DNA of 64,000 nt from Macrostomum lignano. Its lineage: Eukaryota. Below the pieces are notes generated by a model that was not told where the DNA came from, did not search any database, and saw only the letters and a program-made list of their open reading frames with translations. Position numbers and translations under genes: made by a program. Shown piece after piece: positions 1-28,842 of the stretch (positions are counted from its first letter, which is position 1; the number at the start of each line of letters is the position of its first letter). Where the stretch lies: positions 34,424 through 98,423 of the forward strand of contig NIVC01002554.1 in assembly GCA_002269645.1 (NCBI GenBank). The letters are read 5' to 3'.

Positions 1-41
1 TTACAAACGCATTCCTATTGTTTTAACTGTGTTTTAATCAG

Positions 42-136
42 AATTTAAGCAAGATCCCAGACTAAGCCGCTGCCGTGATGAGGGCTTCAGGCGCTTCAAG
101 GACCCTGAGCTCGCGCACACGCTCAAATCTGATTAA
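42..136 (+). CDS. Probable terminal exon of an upstream gene (xFKQDPRLSRCRDEGFRRFKDPELAHTLKSD*), product unknown
   Basis: T-rich acceptor gttttaatcag at 31-41, open frame to TAA 134-136, GC-rich codons against AT-rich flanks. Confidence 0.45.
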
Positions 137-444
137 ATATCGCTCGATTTCTACAAAGTCAAGGAAGCGAAACTTTAAAGTTCACGTCAAGTTAAATTTC
201 TACCACTTTAACTTGTCTTACTTTTAGAGCTATTAGATTTGAGAACTTGAAAAGGCGTCTCAAAGGAACAAGATGAGCGCGAAAGTGCAGCAGCAAGGAA
301 GCAAGTATAGTTGAACATGGCAAACAATTGTCTGAAAGTTCACCACATTGACGGCATAAATGTAGCCTCTCTATCCAGCCCTCGGGTCCTTTGCAACTTT
401 ACAATAGCAATCCGATCCGCTCAAGGTTTGTCTATTCTCAACTC

Positions 445-1645
445 TCCTCTCTCTAATCGCGTCTTCTCTTTTCTCTTCTCTCTCCTCTCCTCTCCTCTCC
501 TCCCCTCTCCTTTCTCGCACTTATTTTTTCTCCTTTTTCCTCTCCTCTCCCCTCTCTCCTTTCCTCTCATCTCCTCTCCTTTCCTCTCCTCTCCTCTCTC
601 CTCTCTTCTCCCCTCTCCTCTACTACTCTCCTCTCCTCTCCTTTCCTCTCCTCTCCTCTCCTCTACTCCCCTCTCTCCTTTCCTCTTCCTCTCCTCTCCT
701 TTCCTCTCCTTTCCTCTCCTTTCCTCTCCTCTCCTCTCCTGTCCTCTCCTCTCCTCTCTCCTCTCTTCTCCCCTCTCCTCTACTACTCTCCTCTCCTCTC
801 CTCTCCTCTCCTCTCCTTTCCTCTCCTCTCCTTTCCTCTCCTCTCCTTTCCTCTCCTCTCCTCTCCTCTCCTGTCCTCTCCTCTCCTCTCTCCTCTCTTC
901 TCCCCTCTCCTCTACTACTCTCCTCTCCTCTCCTCTCCTCTCCTCTCCTCTCCTCTCCTCTCCTCTCCTCTCTTCTCCTCTCCTCTCCTCTCCTCTCCTC
1001 TCCTCTCCTCTCTCCTCTCTTCTCCCCTCTCCTCTACTACTCTCCTCTCCTCTCCTCTACTCCCCTCTCTCCTTTCCTCTTCCTCTCATCTCCTCTCCTT
1101 TCCTTTCCTCTCATCTCCTCTCCTTTCCTTTCCTCTCCTTTCCTCTCCTCTCCTTTCCTCTCCTTTCCTCTCCTTTCCTCTCCTCTCCTCTCCTCTCCTC
1201 CCCTTTCCTCTCCTCTCCTGTCCTCTCCTCTCCTCTCTCCTCTCTTCTCCCCTCTCCTCTACTACTCTCCTCTCCTCTCCTCTACTCCCCTCTCTCCTTT
1301 CCTCTTCCTCTCATCTCCTCTCCTTTCCTTTCCTCTCCTTTCCTCTCCTCTCCTTTCCTCTCCTCTCCTTTCCTCTCCTCTCCTCTCTCCTCTCTTCTCC
1401 CCTCTCCTCTACTACTCTCCTTTCCTCTCCTCTCCTCTCCTCTCCTTTCCTCTCCTTTCCTTTCCTCTCCTCTCCTCTCCTCTCCTTTCCTCTCCTCTTC
1501 TCTCCTTTCCTCTCCTCTCCTCCCCTCTCCTCTCCTCTCCTCTCCTCTCGTCTCCTCTCCTCTCCACTTCTCTCCTTTCATCTTCTATATTCTGTCCTCT
1601 CTCCTTTCTCCTCTCTTTTCTATTTGATTTCCCTCTCCCCTCCTC
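445..1645. repeat. Pyrimidine-rich (CTCCT/CTCTC)n low-complexity tract
   Basis: Direct reading; accounts for the L/S/P-rich and R/G/E-rich ORFs. Confidence 0.95.
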
Positions 1646-2219
1646 AGGCCCGCAGTCATGCTTTAGGTTCTCTATCTGGCCCTGGAGGCAAAAAGTTTGC
1701 TCACCCCTGATGTAGATGGTCACTCCTGTGGAATAATAACAATATTTTTCTCTTCATTCGCTACAATCTTTAGTGTATCTTCTTGGATGGACTTGGATCG
1801 ATTTGAGCGCAAGAAATGCTTTGGTTTCTCCTTGCAAAAGTAGTTCCGTTATTTGCTTAGTCACTTAGCGTATCAGGTTTTTATCAGATTAAATATCAAA
1901 GACAGTCAAACAGTCAAAGAATCGTGGACCATTTGCTAGACTGTTGGACTTTAGCTAGTTGGGCCAAATTAAATGCTGCTGTTGCCAACCTTGCTACCAT
2001 AGACAAAATCTGCATTATTTTAATAAACATATTTTCGATTAAATTCCATTCGTGTAAGCACAATTGTTAGGAAATATTTCTAAAAATAGAAATCCCTTTT
2101 GAGTACGTAAAATGGACTTCTATTGAACCATTCGATCACAGAAATTCTATTCGATTAAAACAATTGATTAGGTACCATCATCGGTCGTTCCAAAACTATA
2201 GTCATTTTTTTTTCAAAAG

Positions 2220-5159
2220 ACATTCGACTGCCGGAATTTGCTGTGCGTCATGAACGATGACCAGCCAATGCGGGAGCCCCGAAGTATGCTGCGCGTCTGC
2301 TTGTGGGAGGAAGAGCTGCGGGAGCTCGGGGTCAGTGAGCAGTGCTCCAAACTGCTCGACTTCACCTGCAGGAGCCTCGTTGTGACGCCGTTCCACTTCT
2401 CTGAGTCCACCGTCAAGGTAGGGATGAGGTAGGGATGGAGTAGGGATGGGGTAGGGATGGAGTATAGGGATGTGGTATAGGGATGGGGTATAGGGATGGG
2501 GTAGGGATGGGGTAGGGATGGAGTATAGGGATGTGGTATAGGGATGGGGTATAGGGATGGGGTATAGGGATGGGGTAGGGATGGGGTATAGGGATGGGGT
2601 AGGGATGGGGTATAGGGATGTGGTATAGGGATGGGGTATAGGGATGGGGTATAGGGATGGGGTATAGGGATGGGGTAGGGATGGGGTAGGGATGGGTTAG
2701 GGATTGAGTAGGGATGGGTTGGGGTAGGGATGGGTTGGGGTAGGGATGGGTTGGGGTAGGGATGGGTTGGGGTAGGGATGGGTTGGGGTAGGGATGGGTT
2801 GGGGTAGGGATGGGCCCTGCGGGTTGCGGGTTCCACCATGGGGTTGACTGCTTGCCTTTGTATGCTTTTAGAAGCCACGAGGCTTCGAAGGCAGCAGTGA
2901 GCGATTCCGTGAGCACGGTCGCTAGGTAGTGATGGAGACTGGTATGCTAGTGCTCCAGTGGGTGTGGTAGCTAAGTGACACTGGTAGCTAAGTGCTTCCC
3001 CTGAGCGTCCAGCTTTCCTGGATAAGGATGGTCCCCCTTAGGGTGTTCAGGACAATGTGCTGCAGGTTAGCCTTGCAAGACAGTCATGTTTGCTGTCTAG
3101 GGATCAGCTTCAGCTTCAGCTTCATTGAGCTGAATGAAGAGCAGCTCATTCTCAGCGTCATCGGTGAGGGTTGAGCTGTCTTCGTCCATTGGCTCAGGCT
3201 CAGCCGCTTTCCCAGCCGCAGAGGCGGACGCTGAGTCTGTGGCAGGTGGTGCACCTGACCGCTCTGCGCCGCCTTCCTCCTCGGCGACTGGTGTACGGCT
3301 GCTGGCCTCGCCTTGCGCCTCGCCGTCGGGAATCTGGACTCTGTCGGCAGCAGTCTCCTTGGTAGCAGCCCCACCTGTTGAACGATCGAGCTATATCTTC
3401 TTCCAGTTCCTTTGGCTGGTGGCATGCCAGCAGGAATACACCCTCATTGAGTGTCCGAGGATACGGTGGTTCCTGACGGCCCAGCCGCGTCACCAGACTT
3501 ATCCCATCGCCTCATCATCTCATTTCCTCATCATCTCATTTCCTCATCATCTCATCGCCTCATCATCTCATCGCCTCATCATCTCATCGCCTCATCATCT
3601 CATCGCCTCATCATCTCATTTCCTCATCATCTCATTTCCTCATCATCTCATTTCCTCATCATCTCATTTCCTCATCATCTCATTTCCTCATCATCTCATT
3701 TCCTCATCATCTCATTACCTCATTATCTCATCGCCTCGCTGCATTTCCAACTGCCATTTTTTAATCTTCCCAGACACCGGCGGCTCTGGTGCTTCTGATG
3801 CTGGCTCTGTCCGTGACCTTCTATCGCAGATTTGTCGGTGACCCCAATGTTGAAAACGACCATCCAGATGGAGCTAGTGAGAGACTCAGAGTTGCTCAAA
3901 GTTTTGCTTAAAATTAGTTTTTTTTATCTGGTTCTTCCTGTACGCTCGTATAGTCTATGAATCGCATACAGTAAACAGCAAACCTGTAGCCTGTAAATAC
4001 AGAAAACAGCAAACCTGTAGCCTGTAGATACAGAAAACAGCAAATCTGTAGCCTGTAGATACAAAAATCAGCAAACCTGTAGCCTGTAGATACAGAAAAC
4101 AGCAAAACCTGTAGCCTGTAGATACAGAAAACAGCAAATCCGTAGCCTGTAGATACAGAAAACAGCAAAACCTGTAGCCTTTAGAAAACAGCAAAACCTT
4201 GTTGCTAGGGAAGTTCCTGGTGCTGCACAAGGCCAGCCGGGAGTGCCTGGACAAGCAGGCAGTGGAGACGGTCTGCCGCACCCTGGAGGAGATGGTCAGC
4301 GACTCCATGAAGGGCCTGTCCAGCATGGAGATCTGGGCCTACGAGGTTGTGCATCTGCAGAAGCTGCGCGAACTCGGATACAAGTGAGCCAATCTCCATC
4401 TGGATTATGAAGCTGCCTGATGCTGACTCTTGCATACCGTCCTCACCCTCCGTCACCCTCTCACCCTCCGTCACCCTCTCACCCTCCGTCACCCTCTCAC
4501 CCTCCGTCACCCTCTCACCCTCCGTCACCCTCTCACCCTCCGTCACCCTCTCACCCTCCGTCACCCTCCGTCACCCTCCGTCACCCTCCGTCACCCTCTC
4601 ACCCTCCGTCACCCTCTCACCCTCCGTCACCCTCTCACCCTCCGTCACCCTCTCACCCTCCGTCACCCTCTCACCCTCCGTCACCCTCTCACCCTTCGTC
4701 ACCCTCTCACCCTTCGTCACCCTCTCACCCTCCGTCACCCTCTCACCCTCCGTCACCCTCTCACCCTTCGTCACCCTCTCACCCTCCGTCACCCTCTCAC
4801 CCTCCGTCACCCTCTCACCCTCCGTCACCCTCTCACCCTTAGTCACCCTCTCACCCTCCGTCACTCTCTCATTCTCTGTCACCCTCCGTTACCTCCGTCG
4901 CCCCCGCAGGCTGCTGGAGTTCCTGGACGATTTGAAACGCGACACGCGCGACTCGCACAACCTGGCGCCCACGCAGGTGCTGACGGACGTCGCCATGACG
5001 CTGGTGCTGGAACGCGAGGTCCGCTGCCTCACCAACCGTGACAAGGAAGTGCCGGTGCACGCCTTCTCGGCATTCAGCCAGAGCGTCGCCGACCAGGTTG
5101 ACAACAAAGCTATCGAGGGCATGCACGACCTGCTTGAGCACACCAGGATGGCCGCCTGA
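2220..5159 (+). CDS. Multi-exon gene of unknown product, 5' end unresolved; exons 2220-2417, 3774-3876, 4209-4383, 4910-5159
   Basis: GT-AG boundaries with matching phases (0,1,2) give one frame [14 protein letters not shown]...STVK|TPAALVLL...DGA|RKFLVLHK...GYK|LLEFLDD...RMAA*. Confidence 0.75.
2418..2815 (+). repeat. G-rich 10-12 bp minisatellite (GGGATGGGGTA-like) at the start of intron 1
   Basis: Direct reading; begins at the splice donor. Confidence 0.95.
2817..3500 (-). mobile_element. Degenerate non-LTR retrotransposon fragment (APE type, R1/Lian-like): ORF1 tail, ORF2 start, internal deletion
   Basis: Minus strand: acidic ORF1 end ...[10 protein letters not shown]...EAEADP* (TAG 3099-3097), then MTVLQ/ANLQH (ATG 3087) and ILIQESW, typical of an APE N-terminus, then [23 protein letters not shown]. 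Confidence 0.7.
3507..3735. repeat. 16-bp minisatellite CATCATCTCATTTCCT
   Basis: Direct reading. Confidence 0.9.
3967..4200. repeat. ~32-bp minisatellite TAGATACAGAAAACAGCAAACCTGTAGCCTG (intronic)
   Basis: Direct reading. Confidence 0.9.
4440..4895. repeat. 18-bp minisatellite CCGTCACCCTCTCACCCT (intronic)
   Basis: Direct reading. Confidence 0.95.
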
Positions 5160-5238
5160 GCAGCCCAAGCCGCCAAAACATGAGTCAAACATTGACTGAC
5201 AGTCTGATGGAGAGAATGAGGCTGGAGTGCTCATCGAA

Positions 5239-5900
5239 TTAGACCCTCTACAGATGCTTACAGACCCTCTACAGATGCTTACAGACCCTCTACAGATGCT
5301 TACAGACCCTCTACAGATGCTTACAGACCCTCTACAGATGCTTACAGACCCTCTACAGATGCTTACAGACCCTCTACAGATGCTTACATACCCTCTACAG
5401 ATGCTTACAGACCCTCTACAGATGCTTACAGACCCTCTACAGATGCTTACAGACCCTCTACAGATGCTTACAGACCCTCTACAGATGCTTACAGACCCTC
5501 TACAGATGCTTACAGACCCTCTACAGATGCTTACAGACCCTCTACAGATGCTTACAGACCCTCTACAGATGCTTACAGACCCTCTACAGATGCTTACAGA
5601 CCCTCTACAGATGCTTACAGACCCTCTACAGATGCTTACAGACCCTCTACAGATGCTTACAGACCCTCTACAGATGCTTACAGACCCTCTACAGATGCTT
5701 ACAGACCCTCTACAGATGCTTACAGACCCTCTACAGATGCTTACAGACCCTCTACAGATGCTTACAGACCCTCTACAGATGCTTACAGACCCTCTACAGA
5801 TGCTTACAGACCCTCTACAGATGCTTACAGACCCTCCCTCTACAGATGCTTACAGACCCTCTAGAGATGTTCTACAGACCTCTACAGATACTTTTTACAG
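5239..5900. repeat. 21-bp minisatellite ACAGACCCTCTACAGATGCTT between convergent genes
   Basis: Direct reading; produces the spurious (LQMLTDP)n ORF. Confidence 0.95.
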
Positions 5901-6186
5901 ATATTTTATAGGTGCTCTACAGAAAATCTACAGATAGTCTACAGGACTTCTAACTTCCGATGGCCGCAAATCCTCAATAAATTATCAGTCACCCTGAGCG
6001 TGGCTATTTTGAATATCCTCCCAAATTTCCAGATGTAGTGTTTTAATAATAAAATCACAAAGTTTGATTAAACATTTGCAAAACAACATTCTAACTGGCT
6101 TGTTATAATAGTTCTAAATTCATTTTCAATCTGCCTACTCGAAAGTAGTAAAAATTTATATTAGTTGCCGACAAATTCTGCCGCAG

Positions 6187-21340
<15,154 letters not shown>

Positions 21341-21613
21341 CCTGTGAGCAGTGCTTGGGGATTGAGACTCGGCAGCAACGCAGAGTTGATGAGCTTCGGT
21401 AAGTTTCCCGCGCTTGGCTGGCCGGTCGGAGCAGATAAACTAACTGACTGTTGAAGTCAGAGATAAAGCTGCCACTCTGCCGTTCTTAGTAGCATTGGTT
21501 GACCTTCGCACCTGCTGAGCTGCTGATAACAGCGCTGTACAGTCAGCAACAGAGAGTGGATGAGTGAACGCGCCTTTCATGTGTTCTTCAAGGTGTGCTT
21601 TGCCTTGGTCTGA

Positions 21614-22317
<704 letters not shown>

Positions 22318-22654
22318 GGTGCAATCTTTGTCTTTGCATGCTTGACACCCCAGCAGGACTTTGGCACAAAGTTTTCAAGAGAAACGATGGTATGAAATCC
22401 ATGGTATTCTCTAAATCTCAGTTTCAGACGAAAATGAAACTCTCTGAGTTGGACCGTTTATATATATAGTGGTCTAAATTTAGCAACAGTTGTTTCGAAG
22501 CTCGCTTTACATCTAGGCACAATTTTACCTGAAGTTTTTTCTACAGTAGAAGACGCAAACAAATAAATGCTTGCTTATAAACTTCAGGTGATTTATAAAA
22601 TCGACAAGCATATAATTTTGTATTAAGTTCCTTTTCTTCATAATAATGTCGACG

Positions 22655-22995
22655 GGTAAATATCGGCAGGTAAATGTCGGCAGGTAAATTTCGGCAGGTA
22701 AATTTCGGCGTGTCGGCGGGTAAATGTCGGTGGGTAAATGTCAGTGGGTAAATGTCGGTGGGTAAATGTCGGTGGGTAAATGTCGGTGGGTAAATGTCGG
22801 TGGGTAAATGTCGGTGAGTAAATGTCGGTGGGTAAATGTCGGTGAGTAAATGTCGGTGGGTAAATGTCGGTGGGTAAATGTCGGTGGGTAAATGTCGGTG
22901 GGTAAATGTCGGTGAGTAAATGTCGGTGGGTAAATGTCGGTGGGTAAATGTCGGTGGGTAAATGTCGGTGGGTAAATGTCGGTGGGTGAATGTCG
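22655..22995. repeat. 14-bp minisatellite GGTAAATGTCGGTG
   Basis: Direct reading. Confidence 0.95.
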
Positions 22996-23459
22996 ATGGG
23001 AAAACTGTTCCAGAAACATATAAGCATGAGTTTGGATTCCATCGGGTCGAGAGACTAAAAAGCTCACATTCTCATTATTTACTGAATTTTCTTAGCACTC
23101 GTTCTGCTCTCTTTCTCAGTCTCAAGTTCCACTAGGGCGAAATTCGCCGCCTCAACGCTGGCTAAATTTGGCAACAACAGAAAATTTTTCTTTCGCTTTG
23201 AGACCCCGTGCAGAGTGAGTGCAGTTTGACTAAAGCAACTACCCGATGAGTCACACAGCTGCCCAGTCTGCTGCATCCTGAGTGCTGCGAGGCTTAAGCA
23301 AAAATTTATTTAAATTGCGGATGTATAAATATATCTTTGCACATAAAGATGCTGCTTAAGTGCCACTAAGCTGACGAAAACAGGTGAGGGGAACCTCAGC
23401 TTTGGGGAACTTCAGCCTGGCCTGGTTGTACTGCTTTCCAATTCCTTCATTTGAATTTG

Positions 23460-24380
23460 GGATTGTGAAGCTTGGGGATTGTAAAGCTGGGATTGTGAAG
23501 ATTGTGGATTGTGAAGATTGGGGATTGGGGATTGGTGAAGATTGGGGATTGTGAATAGAGGATTGTGAAGATTGAGGATTGTGAAGCTGGGGATTGTGAA
23601 GATTGGGGATTGTGAAGATTGGGGATTGTGAAGATTGGGGATTGTGAAGATTGGGGATTGTGAAGATTGGGGATCGTGAAGATTGAGGATTGTGAAGATT
23701 GGGGATTGTAAAGCTAGGGATTGTGAAGCTGGGGATTGTGAAGATTGGGGATTGTGAAGATTGGGGATTGTGAAGATTGGGGATTGTGAAGCTGGGGATT
23801 GTGAAGATTGGGATTGTGAAGATTTAGGATTGTGAAGATTGGGGATTGTGAAGTTTGGGGATTGTTAAGGTTGGGGATTGTGAAGATTGGGATTGTGAAG
23901 ATTTAGGATTGTGAAGGTTGGGGATTGTGAAGTTTGGGGATTGTGAAGGTTGGGGATTGTGAAGGTTGGGGATTGTGAAGTTTGGGGATTGTTAAGGTTG
24001 GGGATTGTGAAGATTGGGATTGTGAAGATTTAGGATTGTGAAGGTTGGGGATTGTGAAGTTTGGGGATTGTGAAGGTTGGGGATTGTGAAGTTTGGGGAT
24101 TGTTAAGGTTGGGGATTGTGAAGTTTGGGGATTGTTAAGGTTGGCGATTGTGAAGTTTGGGGATTGTGAAGGTTGATGATTGTGAAGGTTGGGGATTGTG
24201 AAGTTTGGGGATTGTGAAGGTTGGGGACTGTGAAGTTTGGGGATTGTGAAGGTTGGCGATTGTGAAGGTTGGGATTGTTAAGGTTGGGGATTGTTGAGGT
24301 TGGGGATTGTGAAGGTTGGGGATTGTGAAGGTTGGGGATTGTTAAGGTTGGGGATTGTGAAGATTGGGATTGTGAAGACT
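23460..24380. repeat. 15-16 bp minisatellite GGGGATTGTGAAGATT
   Basis: Direct reading. Confidence 0.95.
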
Positions 24381-24943
24381 AGAGATTAGAAAAGATCAAA
24401 GATTAGATGAACCAATAAAATAGCCATCTTTGCTTTAGTTAGTTCGGTATCAGCTGCCAGAAGTTCCCCAAATAGGTGTCAATCGTTGCCGAACTTTGCT
24501 CCAAGAAAAGAACCGCTTTTCGAAAACGAAGTTCGAGTTTGCAATTTTCGTAATTAAGCAATTTCAGCAGCAATAAATTATATTTCCGAGTCGCGAAGCA
24601 ATTCTCTCCATTTATGGCCCCCAGCTGAGAATGATGGCTACGCTCGGTGCTGGAGGCGGCTGGCCTGGAGACCTCTGGAGGCTGTTTTTTCGGAGGGGTT
24701 TCGTCGGGGTGGGCGGTCGAAAATAAATAAAGCTGGCCAGAGAGAAGCGGCTGGCGTGAGCGAGCTGGGGCCGGCGGGCACCGGCGGGAACGGGGCTGTT
24801 GGCCCCCACCCCGCCGCCCTGCCACGTCAGCTTGCAGCCGAGGTCTCGACCAGTTGGCCTGGAGGGGTGGGGGGGGGTAAAAGACAGAACTTGAGCACAA
24901 TAGTAAGACAACATCGGGCACAATGAGGCAAGCATCTCAATGC

Positions 24944-24998
24944 CCAAATTTGGCAATGGAAGCGAAGCCCATCAAAATTGCGCCAAGTCCAAATATGG
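24944..24998 (+). promoter_or_regulatory. Two canonical CArG boxes (SRF sites) in the actin promoter
   Basis: CCAAATTTGG 24944-24953 and CCAAATATGG 24989-24998 match CC(A/T)6GG, 140-190 bp upstream of the actin ATG. Confidence 0.75.
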
Positions 24999-25117
24999 CA
25001 ATGGACCGCCGGGCCGGCGCGGCCTACAAATAGGCGCTACTCGGAGCAGCCGAGCCACTCCTCACTGCCACAGCCACCTGCGCTAAATCTATCAGTTTCT
25101 ATAAGCCAACTCGCTAA

Positions 25118-26368
<1,251 letters not shown>

Positions 26369-26594
26369 ACTCCCCGCCTGCGCGTGACTTTAAATGAAAT
26401 TAATTTACATTCATGTTGCATCTCGTCTTACTCGGAATCAGACGCACTTTTGCACTAAATCAATAAACAGACTTTGACAGCCGTCAGCTGGCCAATTAGC
26501 TCGGTTTTTTTGTAATGCCACGCTTAAAAACAATTTTTGTATAATAAGCAACGCACTGACTTGGTTTCGTGGTTCCTACTGTTTTTATAAACTA

Positions 26595-26849
26595 TACTCA
26601 GCGACATAAAAAAGTCGCCATCACAGAAGATTCCGTCTGTGGTCGCCACTTTTGAGAGTGCAGGTAAAGCCTATCAATCTTTGCGAGTGACGCAACTTAG
26701 CTACGCCGCGATAGACTTGACGCCGCGTTGGACGGATTAATGCTACCTCGATCAGTTTTCTCATACTTCAGTTATCTTTTATTTCAGAATAGTCCAAGAG
26801 AAGTTGCTCGCTGGCGCATAGAGTGGCGATTTTTCGATGTTGCTGAGTA
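26595..26849. mobile_element. ~255-bp MITE with imperfect TIRs and TA flanks
   Basis: ta|TACTCAGCGACATAAAAAAGTCGCCA ... TGGCGATTTTTTCGATGTTGCTGAGTA|ta. Confidence 0.5.
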
Positions 26850-27244
26850 TATATCTGATATTACAACAATATGAGCTCAATTTTACAAATTGAGAGGGCA
26901 ACTACTATAGGACGGCTAACGTATTTAGTAAGTTTAGCCCTCTAAGTCCTAAGTAGCAACCAGTTCAAGCAGATTAATACAGAACTATCGCCGACATGCA
27001 CACCTGCTATTCACGCCGAGTTCCTACAGCGCACGCTATATCTACAACCTGTACTGAGCTGAGCAGACTTAACCTCTAGCATAGTTGGGTCAAAACTGAT
27101 ACGGCGGGTTGAGTACACGCTTGTAGAGGCGCACGCAGCGCTCATTCGATCTTAAATATGCGTGCGTAAAGGTTAGAAGCCAACTCTGCACTGTGACTGG
27201 AATCTGCAGCCGCTGATCTAAACTTTTAGCTGCAGTTGGCAAAA

Positions 27245-28129
27245 ATGTCGCTTAACTGGAAAGACTGGATTACGCCCAGATATTCCGCCGATGCCATCGT
27301 GCAGAAGGTGGCCGAAGAATTTGAATACTTTGACGATGACATTGTGGTGTCCACCTACCATAAGTCTGGGACGACACTAACGCAGGAGATGATCTCCTGT
27401 CTGATTCTGGGGCCGGAGAAGACTAAGAACACGGCACTCCTGCGCAGGTCGCCCTTCATCGATTTCTACAAGCACCTGCCCAGAGACCCCATGGAAGAGG
27501 CGCGAACGCTTCCCAGGCCGCGGGTGCTCAAAACCCACCTGCCGCCGGCCTTCCACATGCGTCATTTGAGCGACCGTTCTCCCGACGTGGGACCTAAGAA
27601 CGTCATTGTCATTCGCAACCCCAAAGACGTTGTTGTGTCGGCCTTTCACCACTTCACCGGGACGAAACTGTTCGACGGCAAGCCGATTCCGGACAAGTTT
27701 TCCGAGTACTGGCGCAGCGCCATCTTCCAGCCGGGGAACGTCTCGCACCACGACATTTTCGACTTCAACCGGTCCTGGTGGTCGTTTAAGGACCACCCGA
27801 GGGTCTTCGTGCTGTTCTACGAAGACATCGTGCGGAACAAAGCAGATCAAGTCCGAAAACTGGCCAAGTTTTTGGGAGTCGAGCTCACCGACGAGCTGCT
27901 CGAGGCCACCCTGGACCTCACCAGTTTCCAGACTATGCGGGAGAACCCTAACGTGAACTACTCCATTGCCGAGAGGGCCAAGGATGATTGGAAGCCGGGC
28001 AGCAACTTCATTCGCAAGGGCGAGATCGGCGACTGGAAGAATCACTTTACAGTAGCCGAGAACGAGGAGTTCGACCGGTACATCGCGGAGCGGATGCGCG
28101 GCTGCGACTTGAAGTTCACGTTTGAATGA
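27245..28129 (+). CDS. Cytosolic PAPS-dependent sulfotransferase (SULT1-like), intronless, 294 aa
   Basis: 5'-PSB TYHKSGTT, PRVLKTHLP, 3'-PB RNPKDVVVS, FYEDI, RKGEIGDWKNHFT. Confidence 0.95.
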   Translation: MSLNWKDWITPRYSADAIVQKVAEEFEYFDDDIVVSTYHKSGTTLTQEMISCLILGPEKTKNTALLRRSPFIDFYKHLPRDPMEEARTLPRPRVLKTHLPPAFHMRHLSDRSPDVGPKNVIVIRNPKDVVVSAFHHFTGTKLFDGKPIPDKFSEYWRSAIFQPGNVSHHDIFDFNRSWWSFKDHPRVFVLFYEDIVRNKADQVRKLAKFLGVELTDELLEATLDLTSFQTMRENPNVNYSIAERAKDDWKPGSNFIRKGEIGDWKNHFTVAENEEFDRYIAERMRGCDLKFTFE

Positions 28130-28842
28130 GTTTACATGTATGTGGAGCAGCAGAAAACTTTTTATATTTCTGGGTGCCTGGCTATCATAGAGCATTGCTA
28201 CATTTTGATATCTTGATTTGATTTGCTGACACTTATTGCAATTGACAGCATCGGACAGCATCCGATTCAAAAAAGACTCAAACTGCACGAGTGATGAATG
28301 GAGTCTGAAGCTGTATGAAAATAAATGGAAAAATGAAAAAAACCGAAACTGCCGTGTTTATTAATTTGCGTTTCGAATGGTTTGGAACTTTAATAGTTCT
28401 TTTTGGTTTTGACTACTAAGCATAAAACTGAATCCATCAAGCGTAGGCGATGAGTCCAATTTTACAATTGCGAATTATAGACACCAAACTGATTCGCATT
28501 GAGCATTCAGCCATCATTGGAAGTCGCACGTATAGAGCCAACAAAACTTTATATGCTGAGTAGGATCTCAGCTTCCGTGCAGCAGTTGCAACATACAAAA
28601 AAGCCAGCAAGTGCAGTTAATCATCTACCATGTTTGCAATTGAGTGTTCTCCTTTCAGTGAATGTAGATGCTGCAGACTGAGCTCTCTAGCATGGGAATC
28701 AGCTCACTCAGGCACCCACAATGCGAACATTCACTCACCAGAGATCTCTCGAAGAGGCTGAGACATCTCATCAGAACTCAGTACAATTGTTATGGCAGCA
28801 CTCCTTTGGCTAGTGATTGAAAGCGGCGGGCTCAGAGACTCT

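Noticed and set aside
317-425. MANNCLKVHH... as first exon of the 2220-5159 gene
   Set aside because: Could not link it in phase to the downstream exons with confidence
311-1627. Long ORFs over repeats (L/S/P-rich, DRQT, LSVC, LQMLTDP, VTLSPS, SSAVILG, INSNNPW etc.)
   Set aside because: Translations of stop-free micro- and minisatellites; no domain content
28745-28775. Second hammerhead-like motif (CTGATGAG...CGAGA, minus strand)
   Set aside because: GAAA core is mutated and stems II and III are unconvincing
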